A DNA stretch of 64,000 bases from Raillietiella orientalis (taxonomy: Eukaryota). Position numbers and translations under genes: made by a program. Of the stretch, positions 37,121-48,400 are shown piece after piece. The notes under the pieces are model-generated. The model made no database searches. It was not told the DNA's origin and worked only from the letters and a program-made list of their open reading frames with translations. The DNA lies in NCBI GenBank assembly GCA_036172245.1, contig JAYWIR010000037.1, forward strand, positions 806,001 through 870,000, written 5' to 3'. Position 1 is the stretch's first letter; every line of letters starts with the position of its first letter.

Positions 37121-39699
37121 TCAATCAGTGCCGCTCCCGAAGCCTGTAGACCAACCAGCGTCATCCTGCGGACGGGAAACTCGAAACCCACAGCTCTCTT
37201 GTTTCTTCTGTTTATCCCACGTGGGGATTCGAACCTGCAGCGCTTGGTACCACGCGCGGAGACCATAGCCACACGGCCGCTAGCACGGGAATGGAACCCT
37301 ACTGGTGCAGTCCTTTTTTTTCTCCTTTTTTCTCTCGAGAGGGAGAAAAAGAGATAATAAATGTACAAATAAAAGGAAGATGGGACTTTGGTATTAAACT
37401 CTCCTTATGGTTCAGCTTTGAAGCAGAAAGCCGGCGATCTGCGACTTGACAACGCTGCGGCAAGGAGTGTGACGGCAATCCGGGGCCACTTCGTCGAGTC
37501 CTGCAAGACATCCCGAGCGATTGGCGCGGTAAGGTTTTTTCGGGAGCACCTCCAGGGAGGCAGCCCAGATTGCTGCCGCTTTCTGTTGCCAGGTATTCCA
37601 GTTCATGGTGCGGCAAGAAATCAGAGGGTGGATTTTCGAGAAGTGAGGTCAGTTATCTCAACGGGAAGCTGAGTCCCGGCATCCCGTGGCGGCCCCATGG
37701 CAGTTGCGAGAGCAGTCCTTTGCTGTCGGCGCAACGCCAAAGGATGAGACGCGCAGCTGCACACCACAGTGAGGTCCACAATTCGGCACACAGGGCTAGT
37801 TCTCGGGACTGCATCTCTTGCAGCGTCAGGATACAACCGAAAGCGGCGCAACCAGTAGTGGTAAGGACATCGCAAAGTGATGGTCCATTCGTACCACATT
37901 AGAATGACGTTGCCATGGTTCTTATCATGAAAAACCATGCGAAGGTCGATTAGGATCGTTCCTCAAGTCCGTTTGCTGTGTTTCTTTCTTTTACGGTAAG
38001 ATGAAGGCTCCTGCCAAAGCCAGCCATCGGATGAATGGAGGCGAACCATCTGCAGCCTCCTCCGGAAAGACGCTGTCTCCTTCCAGATCTGCCACCTTCC
38101 TCAAGAACTCCAAGAACAGGACAAGAGGAAGGGCTGCCCCGGCGACGGCACCATGTAGACGCAAGAGGGGCAGTCCAGCAGTCGTTTGGCTTCTCACGAG
38201 CAGCGCTCTCGAGATGGGATGGGCTGACGCTCGAAGACCCTCCTCCATGGTCATCCTTTGTGTCTGCTGCCATGTGAGATTCCTCCTGGTGCGTGCCTGC
38301 GAACTGGAAATTCCGGTGTGAATAGGCGATGGTTCGGGGCAGAATAGACACTAAGGCGACCCCGCTGCAAATCCTACCCTTCCGTCCTTTCCCGGTAGAT
38401 CCGCCGGCAGCGTGGGTTCTCGCCGCTGTGCTTCATCCAGTGCCGTGATGTCACGAGGAGTTTCTGGCTCATGAACAACACGAAAGTCGTCCCTTAAAAT
38501 AAATTCCTGCAGGGACGAGAGCTCGTATTGCTAATCCTACTCTTCCTCATCATCCCATAGTCCGAAGCGGTGTGTCTGGACCGCTTCAGACACCATCGGT
38601 CTCCCTCGATGTAGGGGATGCGAGCAGTTCGCCCAAAGTGACGAACTGCGCCATGAGATGCTCGGTCGCATGGGCGCAGGAACGCTTTTCAGCCCGTCCC
38701 ATCGTCTCAAAACCTGGGGCTCAAAAAACGCCTGGATTGCGGGGAAGTTCGCAAGCATCGACCGGATTCCCGTCGACGCACGAAACTTCAGCAACCCTTC
38801 GAATGCCTCGGAGCCGTATGGGAAGCCTCGGGGGAAAACGAAAGACGCACGCAAGGGGCGTACAGCCCAAGCTGGTTGCCGGGCGATGCCACCTAGATCT
38901 CGGGCAGCCTCCTGATCATCGATCATGAATGGAGCGGGGAGGAAAGAGCGAAGGCAAACTCGTGCGCAGCACAGAACGAGCTCTGCGAGGCACGTAAAGG
39001 GTTCAGGAACTTTGCTCCAGCAGCCCATTTGCTTGCGACCCTTCTGAGTCCAGGGAACTCGCGGGTCCGAACGGAGACCCACATCCGGAGCAGGTTTTCT
39101 TCAGGAAGGGGGAAACGCCCCCTCTCGGGAATCCACTGCTTGGGTCTGAAAGAGTGGCGTTCTTCTCCAGAACTCATCCAGCATCTGGATAGAAGCACCG
39201 CAACTTCACCATAGTTCAGACGGGAAAGGCATTAGAGGGAAGCCTCAGCGTCCACGGAAATCTCAACTAAGGGGGCGACTGGAATGGGAAGGACGCGCCT
39301 TAAATCTTTCGCGGCATCCTGCAAGGGGTGACTAGGGAACCCAGTCCCGGTGATGGACTGGTCCGGAGCTGGTGGGGAGCGTGCGAGCAGAAAGAAACAC
39401 TCTAGTGGGCACAGTGGGTCGACACTGGGGCCGACCTGCAGGAGGGGAGATCGACCGGATTCCTCTTCTGCTTTCTTTCCGCAAACTTACCGCGGTTCGG
39501 ACGGGCTTTCCCCTAGCGACAGGCAGTGTTTACTCCTCCCTCGCAGACCTTGCAGAGCCCGTCCGGAGGGATCCCTTCCAGAGCCCGAGTCCGGTGCCAT
39601 GAGAAAGGCCGCCGTGGTGAAACATCAGTTCACCCTGGCGGCAAATCCGACCACATATTGAAAAAAGGATGCGGCGAAATCCCGTAGCAGAGTGTCGTC

Positions 39700-40470
39700 T
39701 TGTAAGCCCTGAGGACTCAGGCTGGAACGTGCCCTTGGATGGGAATAGGATCACATCTTGTGTTCCATGAAGAGGTCGAATTCCTCACTCGGCGAAGGAA
39801 GTGGAAGGAAGCGAGGAGGGACGCGCTCCAGAGTCCCAATGGCTCTTGCACTCCCTGCAAGAGATGCGTCACGCTTTCCACCACAATACATCTCTTATGA
39901 GGGAGTTTTCGGAAGGGTCTCAACCTTCGACGGCAGACGAAGGGAACTACCCGGAAGAACGAGCGTTCTTTCCTGGAACACGTTCCTCCGCGGTCTCCAT
40001 CTCTTCTTGCGCGTAGTTTCCGTTATCCTGAGACTTGGCCTGGAAACTGCGGGGGATGCTCAGCGAGTGACCCGAACCATAACCAGTCCTACGCTGGAAA
40101 GCAGTCACCCCAGGACCACGTACAGAGCAGCGTCTAGATTCTCGAGATGCAGTCGGCTTTGGCAGTGTGCTTGTGGAGGCTGCGGAGGTGACGGGAAGGC
40201 ATCCGCGTGCTGCAAGGACAGCAGTCGAAAGTCCGTCGCGGAACGAAGGTGGGCTGCAAAGGATTTCCGTGATGACTGTTGGCCACTGCGCGCAGCTGAT
40301 GTTCGGAAAGAACGAGCGGCGAGTGATGGCACTTCTCAGGGGGGTCGCCTGGGATCTCGGTGGAACCGGAGAGTTTCCTTGGTCCGGGCACAAGAGATGT
40401 GACGATTTGCTCGACGGTTTGCTTGACTTTGCGTCCCAGATGGACAGGTGAGAGATCCCGGAAGAATTTC
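39700..40470 (+). mobile_element. Degenerate LINE RT thumb-region fragment
   Basis: SFRY.. and SPSRNEGGLQRISV (cf. LP..EGGLG) motifs. Confidence 0.4.
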
Positions 40471-43174
40471 AAGAGCACAGACGCTACGAAACAACAGACA
40501 AGGCTCTCATGTCATCATCCCACACAAACATTCACCCCTAAAGGTCCAGTCAGGTTCTTCCGACAACAGAATGTCAGCTGAAGAGTCCTCCAAATCCCAA
40601 GCGATTCGATTCGGACTCTGAGAGTCAGGCAGGATGGCCTTTCGTCTGTGGCCACCTGCTAGCGGCGGATCCTGAATGCGTCGAATGGGAATGAGTGGGG
40701 TGCTCGCTCCCAGTCCCTCGCAATCACGTGTTACCTTCCTCGGGAGCGCACTGGAGGAAGGAAGGTGGCATAGGAATGCGAAGGTGAAGAGGATGCCTTT
40801 GCCTTCTCACGAGGACCACTCCGGAATTGTCCAGAGCCTCTTCCACGGGCGCTTCACCTCGCCTTTCGCTCTCTCCACTGCTCCGCTCAATACTTGAGAT
40901 TTTTGCAAGTGGAAATCGTTCCATAGATATCTAAAGGATTGGTCTTCGGTCTTTCTGAATCCACTTCGGAATACAGTGGCAGATCAAGCGAATATCTCGA
41001 TACAGCCCTGGACGTCAGTCTCCCTTCTCAACAGCCTTATCGGTTCCACCTGACTGCTGTTTTCGGTTAGGTAGATTAGATTAGCTTCGTTTTTACCACC
41101 CATCGGAGTTTGGTCCTGCTCATAAATATGCTCTGGATGAAGAGAGCGGTGGTAGTCCTCACCGTATAGTTGTACTTTGGTTTATTCTCCTAGCCTTCCA
41201 GAAATTTTCCTAGGACCACTAAGCTTTCTCACCCTGGTGGTTCGGTCACTTGCTTTACGACTTTCCAGCCGTGAGCAAAGGTTCTGCAAAAGAAGATGCG
41301 GGGCGATTTTCAGAGGCTTCACAAAACAGGCATGGCTCTGCGTTTGGCTTGTCGGGAAGACGTCGCATCCCCTGATTCGCACAGGATCCCTGCATGACAA
41401 GACACCAGGAGGTCATCTTGGTTCTCTGGTGGAAGCGGGGGTTCCTCAGTGGGTGACATCAGTGGCAAATAGATCAAAGACCGGCATCCCGTCGTGACCC
41501 GTGTTGGTTTCGAGGCATATCTGCCATTCACGACGTGGTCCATGTAACCTTCCAGAGCTCCCGGTTTTCGCTTTGGTCCGTTCCGATGTTCGATCCTGAG
41601 AGCCGCTGTCCCGAAGCAGCTGGAGCGCTGCTGCTGGGTTTCGCACCTGGACAGCATCCCTCCACCAGGTCACCTCTTGGAGAGGAGCGTTCGCAGTCTT
41701 TGACGATGACTCCGTCTCCTTTGGAGCTGCTCCTTCGTTGCCCATGGGATGCGGATGAAGAGTCGCGGAAGCTCCTCTTTCCAGGTTTGTTCTCTCTTTT
41801 GGGGAACCAGGTTCAGTGCTGCTCTGGGCGAGGCACTGTTTCCACAGTCGGCTTCCAATTTTTCCTGCTCCATCATGCTACCTTTCCCTGTCGATGACTC
41901 TAAAGTAGGTTCCGGGAAGGAACCTGCTTGGCCATGCATCCCAGCCGGTCGGTTGCGCAGCTTACCAGAGCTGTAGCTCTCGTAGACCCGGTGACTAGCG
42001 AGGGTCCTTGCGTTCCAGAGCCGCCCTCCACTCGTGAACGGCATAGGAATTTGAGCTCTACAGTTGGCGGCGTTTTCATTTGCAACCATCCCTGGACCAG
42101 TCGTTTTTCCCGGCGTGCGTCGGAAGACCGCACCGAGAGGGAACTCAGGGCGCGAAGTCTCTGCTGACCTTATACGTGAGGCTGAAGTGCAGTCTGCCAA
42201 GTAGTTGTCCGAAGTAGGTCTTTGATTTTGCTGATGGCCTTCTCCCGTTGATCCGACAACTAGGAGTCTACCACGTTCCTGAGCGGACGCTTTCGACTTT
42301 AGCGCTCGAGGGAGGTCTTCGACCCTATTCTTGGTCGGACGCTGTTCTTCAGGACAAGCGGGGTCTCTCTAAGACGCGTCCTGGCAGGACACTTCCCTTG
42401 TGACCAGCCAGCGCCAATGACGGCGGTCCGGCGGCGCGATGAAGATAGGGAAGTGAGGGAGACCCGAAAGGGAAGGAGGCTGACTTCCTGCATCCTGCGG
42501 AGTTGCGCTTTCCAGGAGAAGCTCCTCTCGAGTGGGAATGGACCGGAGTCGAACCCCCGAGTTCTCCGGGTCGGACACTGGAAATAGGACGGATCCGACT
42601 TCTCACGCCAGGAAGGAAGGTTACCCAACCTGCTGACCGCGCGTTTTCACCCCCTGCGGTGGATCCCCACTGAGCCGTTGGTGCTGCTTCCTCCGAGAGC
42701 ATCCCCCAGTCGGAGACTGTGGAGGGTTCCCCATTCCTCCTCCTGCTCTTCCTTATCCTCATCATGCTCATCCTTCCTTTCTCCTCTTCGACGCGGACAA
42801 ACTGCGGGATCTCGGCTTCGGTTGCCGGTGGCAACTTCCGAAGAGGAGCTTTCCCATCCCGCCCAGGAGGGAGCGCCCTTATCGGCTGGCAATGGATCGA
42901 AGACTCCAGCACCCCTCCCCTTCCGAAATTCTGGGACTACCCGCGGGACATCCTGCTCTGGAGCTCCCCATCCGGTGGCCAAGATTAGACAGTCGCTGGA
43001 GGGATGGACTGTTGAGATGCTGCGAAAGGACGCGTCGCGTCGTTTCCACGCCTCTTCTCCGCGGCTTGCCATTCCTCTCGGTCCGGAGACGACCAGCTGG
43101 TGAATCGGAGGATGGCAAAAGACCAGGAAATCCCTTTCTCTTAAGAGGCGGAAGAGGAGAAAGTAACCCCTAGG

Positions 43175-43920
43175 GTGCAAATCTTCGCTGACTGTGCCCT
43201 ATTCCTTCCCATTCAGGCTGCCAAAGGTCAAATGGGACCGTCCCGAATCGCCGTCATCCAGAGGAACCAAGACGCCCTAGTAAGACTGGTGGGCGCAGTG
43301 GGTCAGCCTCTCGCCAGTTTCGACGATCCTGGACCATCGATCGGAGACAGCCCCAAGGGGATGATCTCCCAGTCAGCACCACTGCAAAGTCATGCCTGTC
43401 GACCTTTTCCGGAGGACGAAAGGGAAGAAATCGGGTCCCTCGGAGCTCCCCGGACGAGGTCCGAGATCCAGAGGCGCCGGACCAACGCCCCTTCCCTTCT
43501 TTGCCGTCATCTTGATACTTGCGCTCTACTCGGGCACTTCCTCGAAGCGGGGGACGTCACTACCGCCCATCGTGGTGGAGCGGGAGAAGACCCTCAGGAG
43601 GAACGGGCCCGACACGGGACAGGGCGCAACCTTCCGCACGTGCTGCTGGGAATACCCTGGCAGGGATAGAAGCGTGTCCGTCGCACGGGAGGGCACCTCG
43701 GTTCGCCTATGCTGATCCTCAGGGCCTTTCCACGCGGAGGCAACGGCGAGGGGAAGGAGGGTGCAGCCGCCGCCGCAGCCGTCCCGGAGAGCCGCTCGCA
43801 GAGGCTCTCTCGCCCCCGCGTGCGAAGGGCACTGGAACGGCGCCGCCTGAGCCTTGGGAACTTCGAAGGAGACTCGGGGCCGGTGGGAGCAGACGAGGTC
43901 GGAACAGGCAGAGATCGGTC
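43175..43920 (+). mobile_element. Degenerate LINE ORF1 fragment (zinc-knuckle region)
   Basis: GTSLPPIVV...WEYPGRDRS...GHLG..LC resembles the Tx1 ORF1 pattern LP...Y.GQ..C..C...GH....C. Confidence 0.5.
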
Positions 43921-44537
43921 CATCGCCACTCCCTGCTGACTTCTTCATGTATTGGTCCTCCCTCCCTCGTTTTGTGGGGCTCAGTGGGGTTCCACCTCTT
44001 TCAGCTCTTTCCCAGTTTGTAAATGTTTTATTTATTCGTGCCAAATAAATGATCTGAGATTAGAACTTCCGCAGCTGTTCGAAGCCCACAGGTTCGCCTC
44101 TCTGTTGAAATCGTTCCTGCTCTCAGGTAGCACCCACTGGGCGGAGTGTGTGCGGCCGTAGCCAGCGATTTCATACGTGATTTTCGTATCGACAGCGAGG
44201 CAGCCAAGACCAAAAGAAGTGGAATGGATCCCTCTTGGGGAGGAAAAACGACAGGAAGCTCTAGGAGTGAATTCGTAATACCGTCCACTCTCGGAAGATG
44301 GGAACGGCATTTTTTCCTATCCCTTTCGGTTAGGAGAACAGAAAGCGGGAAGGAGTTCTAGGAAGCTATGACTTGGAGAGCTGACTCACAGCATTTGTGG
44401 GCAGCTGGCAGAGACCAATTTCAGAGGAAAAGAAATGACCAGATGATCCCGTTCAGTGGGCACTCGAAGGAGGAGGATATGCAAAGAAAGGGAAGGAAGG
44501 AAAAAAGAAGGAAAAGAAGGAAGAAAGAATGGCTTGG

Positions 44538-44870
44538 TTTTTTCACCCGGGTAAGCTGGGGCTTTTATTCTTAAAAATTTTTTACAAATAGAAAAAATTT
44601 TCATAATAAAGTCTTGTCTTGAAATATTCAGGAAGAATACTTCTGTTAATTTTTCACAGGATTGAGGCACCTGTCCCTATCGACCCGCAGGCCGGTAAGA
44701 TCCTCTCCACTGGCGAAGGGGGCGGGAAAAACAGGAAAAACAAAAAAAATAGAAAACACCTGGGGGGACAATGCTTTTTGGGAGGGGAACGAAAGGAAGG
44801 GATCACGGTACGCATCCGGGTTTGGCCAGGCCTCTGCATCCGGGTTTGGCCGGCAGAAGTTTTCTTAGTC
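44538..44870 (-). mobile_element. LINE 3'UTR and terminal hairpin
   Basis: Minus strand: T tract, then AATAAAAGCCCCAG-CTTAC-CCGGGTGAAAAAACC. Confidence 0.6.
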
Positions 44871-44899
44871 GGCGCCAACGGGAAGCCTTCTCCAAAGAG

Positions 44900-45405
44900 A
44901 TGGCTGCCCTCACGGGCACCTCTCCAGTTGTTTAAAGGAGCGGACTCCCCCTGTTGCGGGGTGAACCCTCCTAGTCGTCGCCTCTTCACAGAGTGCAAGG
45001 AAGCAAGCGAGAGCGATTCCTTGCGGGAAGCTGCAGCGCCCCTTCTGAGTTTCGGAAGCGTCCCTTCGGGGTTCTCTTCAGAGTGAACAGGAGCGATTCC
45101 CTTGCGGGTTCCCTCCGAAGAAATTCCTACAAGAGGATCCTTTCCGGGTTCCCTTCGGAGAAGTTGAAATGGAGAGGACCACCCCTCTCCCAGGGGGTGT
45201 CCCTCCGGAGAGAATGAGGAAGGAGATTCCCTTCGGGGTTCCCCTTCTTAGACAACCAGGGTTGGAAGTGCGATCCCCCCCCGTCCGGGGGGGATCCCTC
45301 CCCAAGCGTGAGAGGAACGGACTCCGAGCCCTTCCTGGATTCATAGGGCGGATCCCCATCCCGGAGTGCACCCTATCCTGAAGAATTACACTGAGGAATT
45401 ACACG
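44900..45405 (+). mobile_element. 5'-truncated SINE-like copy S4 (hairpin-module array)
   Basis: Collinear with 32050-32430; about 7 hairpin modules; ends in two 13-nt units TGA(A/G)GAATTACAC. Confidence 0.65.
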
Positions 45406-48400
45406 CCCCCCTGCGGGTTGCCGCGGACGGAGAGGCGTGGAAACAAAACAGTGTGTTTAATGTTTAAAAAGAGCCACTTGAGCCGCGAGGCACGCAACCG
45501 GCTCTTGAGGTTACTTAGCGAACCAAAAAAAAAAAAAAAAGAATGGCTTGGTGAGGGGGGGAAGGGAGGGAATTGAATGCGAGATGATCTTCAGACTTTG
45601 GTTCCAAGACTCTCGTGACTTCTGGCGAAGTGCGGGACTCCCACTTGGGTTCACGGACGGGACCCTATGTTCAGGGATCAAGAACCTGAGATGATGACAA
45701 ACTCAGATGCCCTTCCAAGAAGAGAAGAGAAGATTGCATTTCTACAGAGGTTTTCAGTTCAACAAGCTCTTCTCGAACACCTGCGCACAGGCGCCTTGCG
45801 CAACTGACCAGCGACTCCCTTCCGTCCCTCCCTTAACCATCTCTTTCGTATCTTCACGAGCATACAGGAAAAATGGATGCATTCTCCCAAGAGACGTGAG
45901 TCGCCGGGAAGAATCCCTTGCTGCAGCTTCGCTGCCCTTTAGGCCGCTATCGAAACACCGCTCGTGCGTCTGCTCTGAAGTCAGCCTCTCCCGCAGCCAC
46001 ACAAGTATGAAATCGCTGACTACGGCCGCAAACATTCCGCCCAGTGAGTGCCACTTGAGAGCAAGAACGATTTCTCTGGAGGTGGCCGAGAGTGGCGACT
46101 CCCCAGAGACGGCATGACTCCTCGGAGACTGTCACACGTAGATCTTTAACAAAACGCTGTGAGACTCTGAAGGAGATATGACGATGTCCCTTCGAGGGCT
46201 GTCGGGACTGCTTGGGATCATCCTTCAAAATGCTTTCTCAGAAAAAAAGTGGTCTTGGAGTTGGACGGCAACAAGCGTCCACAATGACCGTGGTCTTTCC
46301 AGGAAAAATGGGAATGCCTGCGGAAGATTTTACGACCCTCTCACCGGAAACAAGGAAGGAAGGAAAAAGAAAATGTTTGTCCACACAAAAAGGAAAAGAG
46401 TCTCGCTTTAAAGCCTCTAGCAGTTCTTCCTCTCATTAGCGCACGCGATGTCTATTCACCGGGTGGTCTTCCCCTGGTAAGAGAATGCACCCTGTGCAAC
46501 CCAAAGTCCATTCTTTCCTCGTCTCGGAGTGCAAAGGCACAAGTCATAGGGTCATACTTTTAGCAAGAAAGTGCTCGGCCCTTTTTTTAATGCCTCCCAG
46601 CATCCTATGCAGCGCCTGAGAGCCGATTAGGCTCTCCAGCCGCTTGAAAGAGGAATTCGCATCTACGAGTCACCAAGCGCTATCGTGATAACGGTAGTTC
46701 GGATTACGGATGCCACTGCCAGATCTCGTTCAGTCCAGGGAGCAAAGAATGACAGGGAAACGTCCTTCGGGAGAGCAAAGAATGCATAAGACTGCATGGG
46801 ACACCAGGAGCACAAATGCTCGAGGAAAATTGGCACCTCTTTTCCTGCCACCGAAGGGACTACGACATTTCGTTTCTAGTCCAGACGCGGAACTTGCCTT
46901 AGTCCCTTGGGAATTCCAGTAGCTGTCTCGGCTTCTCCCGCTGATGCCGCTGTTCTAGGCCAGACGACCTCACGCCTCTGCCTTCTGCCCAAAAACCCTG
47001 CTACCGGCTGCTCCGGCTCATTTGGGAGCACGGGTGTCCTTTGCAATGAAGAGGAATGGTGAGCAGCTACGATCCGGTCAGATTTAGATGCCCAAAGGTG
47101 GAGGCTGCATCCAGTAAAGCTAAACAAGCCTCTGGTGTCTCTTGTGGGGAATTCTGCGAGCAGGCAGCTACAAGAGAAAGGCATTTGTTGTTGTTTTTGT
47201 CCGTTCGAGTGGAGAAAGGGAGTCACCACCCTCATTTTGTTCCCTCCTTCCCGATCGAGCGACGTGGCATCAGTCCATCTCTCTCTCACTTTTTTTTTTT
47301 GTAAATCGAAGATGCACACCTCGTCTCAGGTTGTGGCAGCAGCGTGACTCCTCAGGGACTGTCGACTGCCACGTCGGGAACGACCTCGAGTGCAGGCTCA
47401 TTCAGGAGCCATGAAATTACAAGGTGAACCGACTCGGTACTTCCGTAAGGTACCTTCTTCAAAGATGCTCGCTAACAAATGCGATGGCGCTGTGAGTCCA
47501 AGGGAAGAGGAACGACCAGGAGATGTACGTGATGAAAAGAGCAGGAAGATTTCCGATGCTTCGCAGATTGTTCACCGCCGGAAGGGTACCGATTTCAGCA
47601 TGGACATGCACCTAAGGAAACCAGTGACCTCCTGCACTACATTCGGGTTGATCCGTGGCGAAAACAGGGTAAAACTGGAACGCATTCGCTGAGCCGAGAC
47701 GCTTGGTTGGAAAGATAGATCAGATAAAGAAACGGTGCAACACCGAGGCACAAAAGCTTCAATTCTTGATCAGAAATTCAGGAGGATGTGCATGGGATAG
47801 CTAAAATACGCCGCGTATTCGAATGGCTATAACGAGCATCCAAGAAACAGCAGGAGATTTTCGAGTGGGCAATGATATGAGACTTCACAGTTTCATCTCT
47901 CTCAAGTGTAATTGGATTAAACGCGCGATCTTAGAGACGAAGGTAAATCAGGGTGGTTTTAATCAAGAAAAGGAAGTGTTGATTAAGCAATTTGCCAAGA
48001 GGCTTAGCAGCAGCTGACAATCCCTTTTTTAAGGGAAACATAATGCAGCAGCGAGAGAAAAGGAGCAGAGATTGAGAGGCGCATGCCACATTCATCAAAG
48101 ACAACTTTCAAAAACAAGAGAAACAATGCTTCAAGTGACATATCGTTCAAGAATTCTTATCGACGAGTCAACAAAGGACTCCAGATGGCAAAACAGATTT
48201 TAGCCCAGCAGCATTCCGACGTGTAGTTTTCTAAAACAACTAGAGTCTGATGATATTTCAAAACCGGCCGTTTTGATGACCCTAGTATCTACTGATGCTG
48301 ACATCTCCAACAGCTTCATCAACTAGGCATTGTTCTATTTAGAGAGCTACAAAGACTCTGATTAGAGGGCTATATCTGGAAAGTTCGATTCTTTTCAGAA

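Larger units (their letters stand above)
34660..37290 (-). mobile_element. SINE-like copy S3, split into 34660-35010, 36328-36622 and 37121-37290 by nested LINE insertions
   Basis: The last two pieces join collinearly with S1; B-box GGTTCGAATCCC (rc 37224-37235); hairpin modules in the first two pieces. Confidence 0.6.
575..47500. mobile_element. Dense island of degenerate L1/Tx1-like non-LTR retrotransposon fragments and SINE-like repeats, both orientations
   Basis: Repeated partial translations of ORF1 CCHC knuckles, APE motifs (WNVNG, NVYAP, IAGDF, SDH), RT motifs (KYLGVP, GGLGL) and zf-RVT (CxxC..ES.PHLL.DC), separated by T/A-rich 3' tracts; all carry stops or frameshifts. Confidence 0.9.

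Noticed and set aside
37215..37290. Functional tRNA gene
   Set aside because: Only the B-box is clear; no cloverleaf or anticodon arm can be formed, and it is attached to a repeat body
44930..45400. Hairpin repeats with intervening sequence resembling a CRISPR array (also 32085-32380)
   Set aside because: Repeats are degenerate, linkers are short and shared between dispersed copies, no cas genes are present and the context is eukaryotic; better explained as SINE internal modules
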